A stretch of DNA of 56,848 bases. It comes from Candidatus Woesearchaeota archaeon. GTDB lineage: Archaea > Nanobdellota > Nanobdellia > SCGC-AAA011-G17 > GW2011-AR17. Shown one piece after another: positions 1 to 9,524 of the stretch; the stretch's first letter is position 1; the number at the start of each line of letters is the position of its first letter. Under the pieces are notes generated by a model that was given only the letters and a program-made list of their open reading frames with translations, made no database searches and was not told where the DNA came from. Both the position numbers and the translations under genes were made by a program. The stretch is taken from NCBI GenBank assembly GCA_964621125.1, contig CAZUKZ010000002.1, positions 1-56,848 of the forward strand, written 5' to 3'.

Positions 1-1
1 A

Positions 2-244
2 TTATGGCCTGTAACAACAACTGGGTTGATAGTGACTTGCGGAAGCTATGGTTTTGCAGCAGCAACCGCTAATGGGAGGCGTACACTGCTCACTACATAC
101 ACTAATCTTAAAGAAGAGGTATTGGGAATTGACAACAGAGATCTTCAAGCTGTAATGGATGAATCTCATGCTGAAATTTCTAAATTCGTGGACACTTCTT
201 TTGAACTTGATCCTGTTGAACTAGTTCCGAAGGTTTACCTATAA
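2..244 (+). CDS. hypothetical protein, C-terminal fragment (gene begins upstream of window)
   Basis: Frame is open from nt 2 to TAA at 242-244. No motif recognised. Confidence 0.4.
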   Translation, partial: LWPVTTTGLIVTCGSYGFAAATANGRRTLLTTYTNLKEEVLGIDNRDLQAVMDESHAEISKFVDTSFELDPVELVPKVYL

Positions 245-415
245 CTTAGAAACCTTCTTGTAAAGGCCGCCAGCCTCTTGGACATTCTTCTGATAAGTCT
301 CCTGTACGGGTTGATAAGAGCTCAAGGCCTGCCCATCCAAATCACACCCATTGCTTCCAACCACAACGCCTGCCCCAAATACCAAGGCATACTTCACAAT
401 CTGCTTAAGCCTCAT
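239..415 (-). CDS. small membrane-anchored protein
   Basis: ATG at 415 overlaps the stop of the upstream gene (ATGA at 412-415). N-terminal hydrophobic helix KQIVKYALVFGAGVVVG. No domain recognised. Confidence 0.45.
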   Translation of the reverse strand: MRLKQIVKYALVFGAGVVVGSNGCDLDGQALSSYQPVQETYQKNVQEAGGLYKKVSKL

Positions 416-780
416 TTTAGCACCCCACTGTACCATTCCTTAAAGTCCATAAGAATCCTTTTTCCTTCCCTTTTTGTCCTTTTCCAGATTATATTTCCTT
501 TTTCCTTCAAAAGGCTTTCAAGACTCTTATCATTCACCTTCAGACCCTTCTTGACCTTGAAGAATCTTTCGTCTCCGACCCACACCTCTAAAAAACCGTC
601 TTGATTCATTACATAACGCTTCTTCAGATCGAAAGGCTTTTGATATGAGTCCTCAGCAACCAAGACATCCTTGTACACTATAGGATATATGGCCTTGTCA
701 TTTACGTCCATGTGGTCCCCCACTATTGCTGATGCAGCCATAGCACCAGTAACCATTGCATATTTCAATATCTTTTTCAT
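412..780 (-). CDS. small membrane-anchored/secreted protein, paralog of 10374..10676
   Basis: N-terminal helix MKKILKYAMVTGAMAASAIVG. Shares KPFDLK..DGFLE with RPYDLK..NGKIE of ORF 10374..10676. Confidence 0.55.
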   Translation of the reverse strand: MKKILKYAMVTGAMAASAIVGDHMDVNDKAIYPIVYKDVLVAEDSYQKPFDLKKRYVMNQDGFLEVWVGDERFFKVKKGLKVNDKSLESLLKEKGNIIWKRTKREGKRILMDFKEWYSGVLK

Positions 781-898
781 AGTTTCCGTTCTTTTGTGTA
801 TACTTAATATGCCTTGTTGAAAAAAACATGCTGTTTTTCCGGAGGATACGGAAAGGAGAACATATTAGCTGTAGGATTTTTCATAAGAAAGAGTTAGA

Positions 899-907
899 TT
901 TATATAT
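899..907 (+). promoter_or_regulatory. TATA-like box upstream of the L,D-transpeptidase gene
   Basis: tttatatat lies about 23-31 nt before ATG 930. That spacing would give a leaderless or near-leaderless archaeal transcript. Confidence 0.3.
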
Positions 908-929
908 GAATATATTTCGCCTCTATCCT

Positions 930-1568
930 ATGGGGCAGGACAAAATAGACAGGAGAGAATTTATCACAGGTTTAGCAGCTCTAGCCGCATATTCCACATT
1001 GCCTCAGGGGGCAGAGGCTTTCCGTAAAAGCCGTAAACTTTCCAGGTATAACCAAGACCTTGTTGCAAGGACAATTGATATGAGTAAGAATGGTAAGCCA
1101 GCAATAGTTGTTAACAAACTTGACAAAAACCTTAAGCTGTATATGGATGGTAGAGTCATATTAGATTATCCTATAGCCACTAGCATTAGACTAGGTAACA
1201 AGAGAAGAAAGAATGACCTACGTACACCTGAAAGTAGACACCCTGGAGATAGAAAAGTTATATGGAAGAATTACAAAAGCGAATACTTTCTCTCCTTGTA
1301 CTTAGATTATCCCAATATCTTGGATGCAAAGCTTGGATTAAGAAGAAAAGTTATCAATAGGAGAGAATATAGAAAGATAAAAAGAGCCATTAAGTCTGGT
1401 AAGACCCGGAAGTTGACAAGATTAGGTTACGACATATGCATACATGGTGGCGGGGTGCGGAATGGAAAGTGGACGGCGGGTTGTGTGGCCTTGGAAGATA
1501 AAGATATAGCTTTAGTGTATAACATTTCCCAAGAAGGGACTCCTGTCACAATTGTAAGATATGTCTAA
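930..1568 (+). CDS. L,D-transpeptidase (YkuD-type) with twin-arginine signal peptide
   Basis: Tat-like DRREFITGLAALAAYS...GAEA, then the catalytic-type motif CIHGGGVRNGKWTAGCVAL (His ... Gly-Cys). The ORF is open from 828. I prefer ATG 930 because it gives a canonical Tat N-terminus. Confidence 0.72.
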   Translation: MGQDKIDRREFITGLAALAAYSTLPQGAEAFRKSRKLSRYNQDLVARTIDMSKNGKPAIVVNKLDKNLKLYMDGRVILDYPIATSIRLGNKRRKNDLRTPESRHPGDRKVIWKNYKSEYFLSLYLDYPNILDAKLGLRRKVINRREYRKIKRAIKSGKTRKLTRLGYDICIHGGGVRNGKWTAGCVALEDKDIALVYNISQEGTPVTIVRYV

Positions 1569-2161
1569 GTCTTCTTTATTCTTAAACGGATTATCAGGAC
1601 TATTAGTACTATTAAAAGTATGATAATGCCTATGACTATGGCAGTGTTGCTTGTTGGCTTTTCTTTTGTAACTTGAGGAAGAATATCTTTAACGGTTTTT
1701 TTTGCAATTATTGGTTCTATCAAGCTTTTCTTTGAACAGTCATCAGGACAATTTAGGATATTTTCATCCATGTCACAGAACATGTCCTGGTCACATGTTG
1801 CGTACTCTGATAAGTCTATCGTATGAGCTAGTCTTTCTTCTGAATTGTAAATTCTAACCTCTTTTGCGTAGGCATAATAAGGGATATCCAAATTTACGAA
1901 GATAACATCTTTGTAGGTGTCATAGACTTTAGTGGAAAAATTCAGAGAGTCCAACCGTGATTGATTAAAGGCCAAAGTTATTGCATTGTATCCTTTATCA
2001 GGCATCAATTTCCTATCAGGTCCTACCGCAACTAAAGATATTTCTTCTGTTGAGAAAGTCTTCGTTTTAAAATCCTGTTTTAAGAGTATGCTGTAATGCA
2101 TTGCTGATACTGAAAAAGAGAATACCAAAACTAATATGATTAAGATTATCAATTTTTTCAT
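1565..2161 (-). CDS. secreted Cys-rich protein with C-terminal TM anchor
   Basis: Signal peptide MKKLIILIILVLVFSFSVSA. Cys module CDQDMFCDMDENILNCPDDC. C-terminal helix IVIGIIILLIVLIVLII followed by RLRIKKT. Its ATG shares nt 2161 with the upstream stop codon. Confidence 0.6.
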   Translation of the reverse strand: MKKLIILIILVLVFSFSVSAMHYSILLKQDFKTKTFSTEEISLVAVGPDRKLMPDKGYNAITLAFNQSRLDSLNFSTKVYDTYKDVIFVNLDIPYYAYAKEVRIYNSEERLAHTIDLSEYATCDQDMFCDMDENILNCPDDCSKKSLIEPIIAKKTVKDILPQVTKEKPTSNTAIVIGIIILLIVLIVLIIRLRIKKT

Positions 2162-4311
2162 TATGAATACCTCGATAATTTTTTGATTAATTCATTTTTA
2201 CTATATTCATTGAATTTCCTAGCTTCGGGATTCGAATAATAATAGTAATTCATTATAGAGTTATTAGAAGGCCTAAAGTAATTTTTACATTTTTCATCAC
2301 ACGTTCCACCACAACCTTTAAACTGTGCAGTTTTAAATTTTCTTAGTGCTTCCTCTTTGCTCGTCACACAATTAACACCCGTATAAAAATTCAAATTAGA
2401 ACTCTTCAATACTAAATATTCATCATCTAAATATCCTATTGAATGACCCAATTCATGGGTCATTGTCAGGGGCAAATATGCCTTCGTCGAATAAGTTTTG
2501 AATTTGGCAGGTTTATCAGATAAAGCTACCAATTCATTACCAATCGCATAAGATACAAATTTATCCATTGATATGATAATACTGTGGTCTGCCACATTAC
2601 AGTCTTGCGTTTTTGCTAAATATGCATAAACATCTCTAGGACTATTAGTGCTTGCAAATTTAGCCTTGATCTGTTGAAGTACTTGCCCTTTCTTTAACAG
2701 AAAATAATGTATGTTGAATATGTCCTTAAATTTTGAAAAAGGTTTTATTTGAAATGAGCCATCCAAGATCAATTTTTGGATTCTTTTCCTTAGTTCTGCT
2801 TCATCATTATAACCATCACCCAAGACAATTATATCAAGCTTAGTGTCCGGTGAACCCTGAATACTATATGGTTTACATCCCTTTCCATCATAGACACATA
2901 ACCCCCCCCTACAGATTTGCCCTTTGCCACACCAACTAGTCATACCACACTTTTGTATTTTTATACCATTATATGTTTTCTCTCCATTTACTTTACAGAT
3001 ATAAGTCTTAGCATCGCATTCTTGTCTCCAATACTTTCCATCTTTCCATATAGAGATATCGAAAGAGACTTTATACTCATGCCAAGGGTATTGGCTTCCC
3101 CTGACTTTTACACCATAAACTGAAAAGGTCAATTTTCCAGATTTCCCATATATCCCAGCATAAAGTTTTGCCGGACTTCTAATCTTGTCAATTTTCAAAG
3201 AAAGATAGTCACTTTCATGACCTATAACCTTTATTACAGGATTTTTAATTTTTCCAGGTAAAGAGATTTTGATCTGACTATCTGATATGAAAGCTACGTT
3301 TTTGTTTGATAATTGTGCAGAAACATAATTTCCTAGTTTCTTATATATTGTTAAATCCCCTTTTTCTAACTGCAAAACTGCTCTTTGTTTAGAGTAAATC
3401 TGGATAAATCTTTTTTTGCCAGTACCAGATTTCATCACCTCAAATAATGTTTGATCTGGATATTCTATGACAGCTATATTTGCTCCAAGTACTTTTAATG
3501 ATTGGGCTTTGAACTTTTCTTCATATCTTACAAAACCTCGCCCTAGTTTTTTGAATGAAACATTTCCTAATTTCCCATATTGAGCTTTTGTTGTTGTTGG
3601 TACGCCAGTCAGAATCAAATCTCCCCTTTTACTAGACTTATGTACCACCAAGCCATTAACAGAACTTATCAGTCTCCCTGTACTTTTATCTTCCCTTCCA
3701 TTTTTTAATTTATAAATATACGCTTTAGAGAAAACATTTAAATAAGAAGTTTGAATGCCTGCCGGCGATTCTCTTACCCTAAAATTCATACAAATTTTCT
3801 TAGGATTTGCACATCTTATCCTAAACCCATTTTGTTCAAAAACAGAATTAGCATATGGCCAAATTTCAAGTTCTTTTATTTCCCCACTTTTAACCCTTTT
3901 AGTGGTTTTCCAAATCCCTAACTTATCAGATGTAATAATGACATTTGCATCAGGATATTCAAATTGGGCCTTCCTATTGTTATGCTTCAATACTCTTGTC
4001 CCTGTAGGTAGCTTAATTGAAGGAATAGCACTAATTTTTTCTGTTTTTCCGTGAGATAGGAGCCCTATATCTTTTCCATTTTTCGTAAATTTCAATGCCA
4101 GAACTTTGTCCTGGTCATTCCTTCCGCCAGTATATCCAAGACCGATCTTGAAATAGGAAGGTCTTGTAGATTCATAGATAAGACTAGTTTTGCTGAAGTG
4201 ATCATTAGAGTAGTTTATGCTTCTGGTACCATCAACCATCTCCTTAGCCAAAACTGAAGGAAGCAAGACCATTATCAAGATGCATATGGTAAACATAAAT
4301 TTATACTTCAT
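2161..4311 (-). CDS. secreted zinc metalloprotease, M64 (IgA-peptidase)-like C-terminal domain
   Basis: Signal peptide, then a roughly 450-aa beta-rich N-terminal region and a Cys-rich linker (CKVNGEKTY..CGMTSWCGKGQICRGGLC). This is followed by DIIVLGDGYNDEAE and HELGHSIGYLDDEY (HExxH at 2443-2457). Confidence 0.62.
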   Translation of the reverse strand: MKYKFMFTICILIMVLLPSVLAKEMVDGTRSINYSNDHFSKTSLIYESTRPSYFKIGLGYTGGRNDQDKVLALKFTKNGKDIGLLSHGKTEKISAIPSIKLPTGTRVLKHNNRKAQFEYPDANVIITSDKLGIWKTTKRVKSGEIKELEIWPYANSVFEQNGFRIRCANPKKICMNFRVRESPAGIQTSYLNVFSKAYIYKLKNGREDKSTGRLISSVNGLVVHKSSKRGDLILTGVPTTTKAQYGKLGNVSFKKLGRGFVRYEEKFKAQSLKVLGANIAVIEYPDQTLFEVMKSGTGKKRFIQIYSKQRAVLQLEKGDLTIYKKLGNYVSAQLSNKNVAFISDSQIKISLPGKIKNPVIKVIGHESDYLSLKIDKIRSPAKLYAGIYGKSGKLTFSVYGVKVRGSQYPWHEYKVSFDISIWKDGKYWRQECDAKTYICKVNGEKTYNGIKIQKCGMTSWCGKGQICRGGLCVYDGKGCKPYSIQGSPDTKLDIIVLGDGYNDEAELRKRIQKLILDGSFQIKPFSKFKDIFNIHYFLLKKGQVLQQIKAKFASTNSPRDVYAYLAKTQDCNVADHSIIISMDKFVSYAIGNELVALSDKPAKFKTYSTKAYLPLTMTHELGHSIGYLDDEYLVLKSSNLNFYTGVNCVTSKEEALRKFKTAQFKGCGGTCDEKCKNYFRPSNNSIMNYYYYSNPEARKFNEYSKNELIKKLSRYS

Positions 4312-5260
4312 ATTTCACCTCGTTAAATTCCTTTAAAATCTGTAATACTTCTGTACTGTTAATAGTTTTCTGAGCTTGAACTACCGCTTCATCCCCTGAT
4401 AACTCTAGACTGCTCTTATTTTCTTCTTCCTTAAACAAATCATCTTCACCAGTTATTCCTTTAAGGTCTAATCCAAGAGTGTCGTTACTTGTTATTAACA
4501 TCTTAATCCCAAAAGCAAATACTAGCTCCTTATTCAAGAGTCTAGTTTTATTGTACTTAATGAAATATAAAACAGTGCCATTATGGACATCTAGATAAAA
4601 ATTAATCTTTTTATTGAAAGCAAATGAATTTAATTCACTAAGAAAAGTATCCTGATCTGCTTTTTTTTGGACCCCATATAGTTCCAACGCACTATTATAT
4701 GCTTCTTTTAAATCAGATTCAGTCTTCACTCTAAAGACCGACATCTTCGTTTTCAGTTTATCTTCAGATATTAATATAGGGGCCTTCAATAAAAGCTCAG
4801 TCCCCTTAGCCTTTACCTTAACTGACGCTTTTGGCTTGCCAGCTTTAGTTACCTGAATTTTCGCATTATCACCTGTCAAACATTTATCAATGTTCTCTTC
4901 TACATATGTAGCTATACTGCTTTCTATTGTTGAAAGGCTAGGGACATTTTCCTTCTTCGCATTTAAGTAAAGAGGTATGAAACCATTAGCATATACAACA
5001 GAAGTAGGAGGCTGAACATAATACCCCCCCCTAATTGAAGTGTATAATATCCCCTCTTGTAATAATCTCTTTGTACAACTTTCAAAGATACTTACAATCT
5101 CTTTACTTTGTTCTGTCAATGATCTTAATTGATATTTCTCCTGCAAAATATCTATCTGTTGAGTCTGTGTTGTTATATACAAAATAACTAAAACTATAGA
5201 TAGAAGGATAATCCCCAATATTACAAAAAGTGTTACCTGACCCCTTTTTATCATAATCAA
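4301..5260 (-). CDS. class III signal peptide (type IV pilin-like) protein
   Basis: N-terminus MIMIKRGQVTLFVILGIILLSIVLVILY. Paralog of ORF 9521..10252. Overlaps the downstream gene by 11 nt. Confidence 0.65.
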   Translation of the reverse strand: MIMIKRGQVTLFVILGIILLSIVLVILYITTQTQQIDILQEKYQLRSLTEQSKEIVSIFESCTKRLLQEGILYTSIRGGYYVQPPTSVVYANGFIPLYLNAKKENVPSLSTIESSIATYVEENIDKCLTGDNAKIQVTKAGKPKASVKVKAKGTELLLKAPILISEDKLKTKMSVFRVKTESDLKEAYNSALELYGVQKKADQDTFLSELNSFAFNKKINFYLDVHNGTVLYFIKYNKTRLLNKELVFAFGIKMLITSNDTLGLDLKGITGEDDLFKEEENKSSLELSGDEAVVQAQKTINSTEVLQILKEFNEVKYEV

Positions 5261-5303
5261 TTAAGAACATGAGGATATTTAAATAAATTGCCTAAAGAAC
5301 ACA

Positions 5304-8300
5304 TCATCTTTCAACATTGAATACCCTAGAAAAACCTTTCCCCATACCATTTTTGTCTGTATACTTCATTATAATCCTGTACTTGCCTTCTTTCTTGAAT
5401 TTGGTGAATGCTATCTTAGTGCCGTAAGTAAGCTTACTAAGATCACCATAGTACTGCTTTACCAATTTTATAGGAACTTGAGTGTTAGTTGCCGTATCTA
5501 CTACTTGAATTTTCATATTCTTAAACCCATCCCCCACCCCATCACATGCCCTTAAAGCGGCTGTAATCATCACATCCTTGTTAAGCACAATTTTTGTACC
5601 ATCTTGAACCAATCTAGGAATTTTTGGTGTGACAAATTGACTGATATAGAGTTCTGTACCAAAGTCCTGACCCACATTGACTTGCGTGACAGATGTTGAT
5701 ATCTTTGAACCCTTTGAATCTGTAGCTCTAAAAATGACATGATATAATCCAGGCCTACTTAGCTTGAAAGATGATTCACAGTCATATACTCGATTTTGAT
5801 TAGTATAGCCACACTTTGAAGATTTTCCAGTTGGCGTAATCTTATTCAAATATATATCCTTAATCTCAAACCAATATTTTCCACCACCAAATGGACTTGA
5901 AAAACGTCCTTTTACTGTAATAGGCTTATTTGTACAGGTATAAATATTACTTGGAGACGTAGACCTAAACCCTAACGTCTTTATATCCAACGTTTTACTT
6001 GTTGGGACTGTGTTACCCTTCCAATCATATGCTGTTGCCGTTATACGAACTTTACCACCCTCCTTTAAATAAAGATAGCCATAACACTTCTTCTGTGTCT
6101 TTGATATTGCTTTGCATTTCATAGAAGGCCATCTTGCAAGCTCTACCCCATTTGAAGTTTTGGCTGAAACAGTAGCAAAAGTTATATGATTCGCATTCTT
6201 GTGTGAAAAGATTACTTCTGCCGTCACGTAGTCCCTCAACCCATATGGACTTTTATCCTCGAACTTATATGTCTTGTAAAGCTCCATAGACTCTCCTCTA
6301 AATTTCGATTTCACTTCAAAAAAGAAAGGACATTGTTCTGTTATACCACCACTTTCTATCTCACAAGTATAGAATCCTGGATTCAACCGAATATATGTAC
6401 TGCAGCTATAGGGCCTTTTCTGGTTCTTGACACCAACACAGTATGAAGCCCTAGAACAAGATACGCTCTTTTCCTGAACTGTTGTTCCACCAATTAAAGT
6501 CTTGAATTTGACCTTCGCCTTTTTGAAATATTGAGTTCCATATGGACTGTCTAAGTTAAATCTTAAGAACCTGCCACTTGAAAAAATATCCATAGCCCTA
6601 TAACTACCTCCCCTTATACCAGAGTAATAACTCACATACATCTTTTGAGGAATAGGTTTGAAATTCAAGTTTATTGTTGGATCCCCTAAAAGCTCAAAAG
6701 GATAATAAATAGGTCTTACTTTCCATGAACAACCCCTCTTATATGAATATGGATCACTAGAATATGTGTATGTTAAGGCTCTTCCAATATTAGGATCATT
6801 TAAGAGAGCTTTCATTATGTCCTCCCCATAACCCTCCCTTATGGATAAACCATCATCAGGCATGGCTGTTTCCATTGCTCCAATTGATCCTATACCCCCC
6901 CTTCTCAGAAAGAAGGCCCCATAAAGATAACGATCAAGCTTACCATAACTCTTATAATGCTCAACCCCTAAATGGTAATAATTGTTTGTATTACATGCAG
7001 CAATCACAGAAAAAGCTGAGTTGAACTGAGTTAATTTCTGTGCATGACCCAATATATCAAATCCACCATAGGATAAAGCGTGGCCATCTGAGTAGATAAT
7101 ATCGGAATTGCTGAACTTGTCAGATTCCAATAACCAATCTGTACTTGGATGTTCTGTTTTCCACCTTCTAGTATAACCTTCTGACTCTTCACACCCCAAT
7201 TTTTTCAAAAGAGGCATCGCTTTCTTATCTTCCAAATCATCATCATACATAGGATGGTAAATGCATCTTGTCTTTATACCTTGGCTCTTGAGATTGTTCA
7301 TTATAGGTATAGTATAATATTTCCATCTCAAATTATCATCAAATGAGAACACTGTGTTCTTAACTTTCTGGATCAATGTGTTATAGCTATTAGTGAAAAA
7401 AATAGATCTAGCAAGATAGCTCGAAACATCAGATATTGAAACTCCGTATATTCTTCCCAGGCTTGGGATGTTCTTCATGTTTGCCAATTGCCTATCCACT
7501 GTAGGAATTCCCTTGCCATATTTTAGGTCTGCTGTTTTCATAGGTATTGCCCGTGGTGAGGCGAGAATTGTAAGATATTTATATTTCCCAGTATCCCTTT
7601 TCAAGGCAGTCTTGACTTTTGAAACTGCTTTCTTTGTTTCCGCATAATATGCCCGCCTCTTAGAGTCTTCAGGCAACGTTGGAAGTGGTTCAAATTGCGC
7701 AAAAATTATCCGTTCATTCTTGGCAAAGGCTAATAACGGAGCTAATACAGAATTACTGCAATAAGATCTCTTCAAATTAATCGCTTTTGTCTTACCGGCA
7801 TTAAGCCCTAGTTGATCACATCCTTTCGTCTGATCGATATCATTAGGATTTATCAAAAGGGCTTTATTGGTATTAGGAAACAGCTTATCCTGAAGTTTCT
7901 TAAGATTAGCATTCTTCTCATAAACATCAGCCAAATACACAAATCCTACTGTTATGACTTTCTTTCCTGAAATATACTTGTGCAAATTTGTGTCTGATGT
8001 GAAAACATTCAATTTAGCCGCATATATGCTTGCAAGTATCGCTGCACTGTAATCCACCTCTGAAACTATAACAGTATCATAGCTTTTCCAATAGCTTAAG
8101 TAATTCTTATAACTATAATATTTTACTTCAGATGCTTTAGATAAAGCCAATTTTTTTGTTGAACTTTTATACTTAAAATTAGTCAATTTAGTCGCACCGT
8201 ACTGTTTTATGAATAATTCTGGAGATTCGTAATCCGTAACAGTACCATCCTGTTGGTACAACATCAAAGGATAAGCGCATTTTCCATGAGACTTATGGCA

Positions 8301-9524
8301 GTTTTCTGTACCATCCCACATGACAAGAGGAACCAGCCTTAAAAGATCTGTCCAATGCTCATTTGTTGATATCAAAAAAACCTCTTTGTCTTGATACTTC
8401 TGCATGTTCTTTTTATTTCCACTGCTTGGTCCTACTTTAAGTGAAACTACCTGTGATGCACTATTTTTAGGCATAGGATAATTTATCACTAACGAGGGTT
8501 TACAGCTCTGGTTTTTCTGTGCAAGGATATTACTTGTCTTTATAGACAAATTATCCTTATAGTAATTAATCAACTTAAGTTCTGTTTCATCCATATCAGA
8601 ACAACTACCCACAATTGTGGTACAGCCTTCTTCTGTACAGACATTATTCACTGCCATACCTGAGTATGAAATCTTCAAGTCAGCTGTAGGGGCTTTTTTT
8701 GAATTCAATGAAATTTTATTGTCTGAAAACGTTAATTTTTGATTACCTTGTGTAACTGTAGTTTTACCTTTTTCTCCAATCTCCAGGTATTTCTCTGAGA
8801 GTATGGACCGAGAATTTTCTGTCCTAACCTTAATATCCGAATCGATGATTGCGTTAAATTTATCTAGCTTAATCTCTGTCTTTCCATTAGACACAATCTT
8901 TTCACAGTTATAGACAAAGTTTCCAGAATTAGCTTTACATCCGCATTGTATATATTTCAGTCCTGATCCTTTCACAGTTAAATATGAATCCTTGATCTGA
9001 CCTGAAACTAGATCATATTCACAACTATCCTTCTTAGTCTTCACATTACCGCTTAAGTTCAATCCGAAAATACTCCCTTCCCCTTGCAGACTAATCATGC
9101 CATCCTTTTGAGGCATATATTTTCCTTTTTTGATATAAATCGGAGGGTTTTCAATATCTGTATGAACAGAACCATCCACCTCTACCAAAGTATCAGTCTT
9201 TGTATCGCATTTGAAAGTCGTATTTTCTGAAGGAAAAGCCCCACACCAAAACCCAAAGTCCTTAGTAGACTTACCCTCTATAATTTGAGTCTTAGGGTCA
9301 AAAGTCCCCTTAACCGAGTGCGCACTTCTTGCGTAGCTTGTCCCACCAAGGAAATCCTTCTTAGTAGACTGTATAAGCACTGTACTCGAATCTATCTGGC
9401 ATTTGCCATCTATTTTCCCAAGCAAAGGCTTGACATGAAAATCTCCGCAATTGCCTATATCTTGCGCCAAAACAATTCCCACTAGGAGCAACATTACCAA
9501 TCCTAATGTAATAATCCTTCTCAT
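5304..9524 (-). CDS. 1406-aa secreted surface protein with candidate clan CD (C25/gingipain-like) cysteine peptidase domain and C-terminal Ig-like repeats
   Basis: Signal peptide MRRIITLGLVMLLLVGIVLAQ. Central region has KYLTILASPRAIP, DGH (His codon 7080-7082) and VIAAC (Cys codon 6993-6995). Four C-terminal beta-rich repeats. Confidence 0.55.
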   Translation of the reverse strand: MRRIITLGLVMLLLVGIVLAQDIGNCGDFHVKPLLGKIDGKCQIDSSTVLIQSTKKDFLGGTSYARSAHSVKGTFDPKTQIIEGKSTKDFGFWCGAFPSENTTFKCDTKTDTLVEVDGSVHTDIENPPIYIKKGKYMPQKDGMISLQGEGSIFGLNLSGNVKTKKDSCEYDLVSGQIKDSYLTVKGSGLKYIQCGCKANSGNFVYNCEKIVSNGKTEIKLDKFNAIIDSDIKVRTENSRSILSEKYLEIGEKGKTTVTQGNQKLTFSDNKISLNSKKAPTADLKISYSGMAVNNVCTEEGCTTIVGSCSDMDETELKLINYYKDNLSIKTSNILAQKNQSCKPSLVINYPMPKNSASQVVSLKVGPSSGNKKNMQKYQDKEVFLISTNEHWTDLLRLVPLVMWDGTENCHKSHGKCAYPLMLYQQDGTVTDYESPELFIKQYGATKLTNFKYKSSTKKLALSKASEVKYYSYKNYLSYWKSYDTVIVSEVDYSAAILASIYAAKLNVFTSDTNLHKYISGKKVITVGFVYLADVYEKNANLKKLQDKLFPNTNKALLINPNDIDQTKGCDQLGLNAGKTKAINLKRSYCSNSVLAPLLAFAKNERIIFAQFEPLPTLPEDSKRRAYYAETKKAVSKVKTALKRDTGKYKYLTILASPRAIPMKTADLKYGKGIPTVDRQLANMKNIPSLGRIYGVSISDVSSYLARSIFFTNSYNTLIQKVKNTVFSFDDNLRWKYYTIPIMNNLKSQGIKTRCIYHPMYDDDLEDKKAMPLLKKLGCEESEGYTRRWKTEHPSTDWLLESDKFSNSDIIYSDGHALSYGGFDILGHAQKLTQFNSAFSVIAACNTNNYYHLGVEHYKSYGKLDRYLYGAFFLRRGGIGSIGAMETAMPDDGLSIREGYGEDIMKALLNDPNIGRALTYTYSSDPYSYKRGCSWKVRPIYYPFELLGDPTINLNFKPIPQKMYVSYYSGIRGGSYRAMDIFSSGRFLRFNLDSPYGTQYFKKAKVKFKTLIGGTTVQEKSVSCSRASYCVGVKNQKRPYSCSTYIRLNPGFYTCEIESGGITEQCPFFFEVKSKFRGESMELYKTYKFEDKSPYGLRDYVTAEVIFSHKNANHITFATVSAKTSNGVELARWPSMKCKAISKTQKKCYGYLYLKEGGKVRITATAYDWKGNTVPTSKTLDIKTLGFRSTSPSNIYTCTNKPITVKGRFSSPFGGGKYWFEIKDIYLNKITPTGKSSKCGYTNQNRVYDCESSFKLSRPGLYHVIFRATDSKGSKISTSVTQVNVGQDFGTELYISQFVTPKIPRLVQDGTKIVLNKDVMITAALRACDGVGDGFKNMKIQVVDTATNTQVPIKLVKQYYGDLSKLTYGTKIAFTKFKKEGKYRIIMKYTDKNGMGKGFSRVFNVER

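Noticed and set aside
278-604. 108-aa plus-strand ORF
   Set aside because: It lies antisense to two coupled minus-strand genes that have clear N-terminal TM helices. Its product is low-complexity (L/S/F/P-rich), typical of shadow ORFs in AT-rich DNA.
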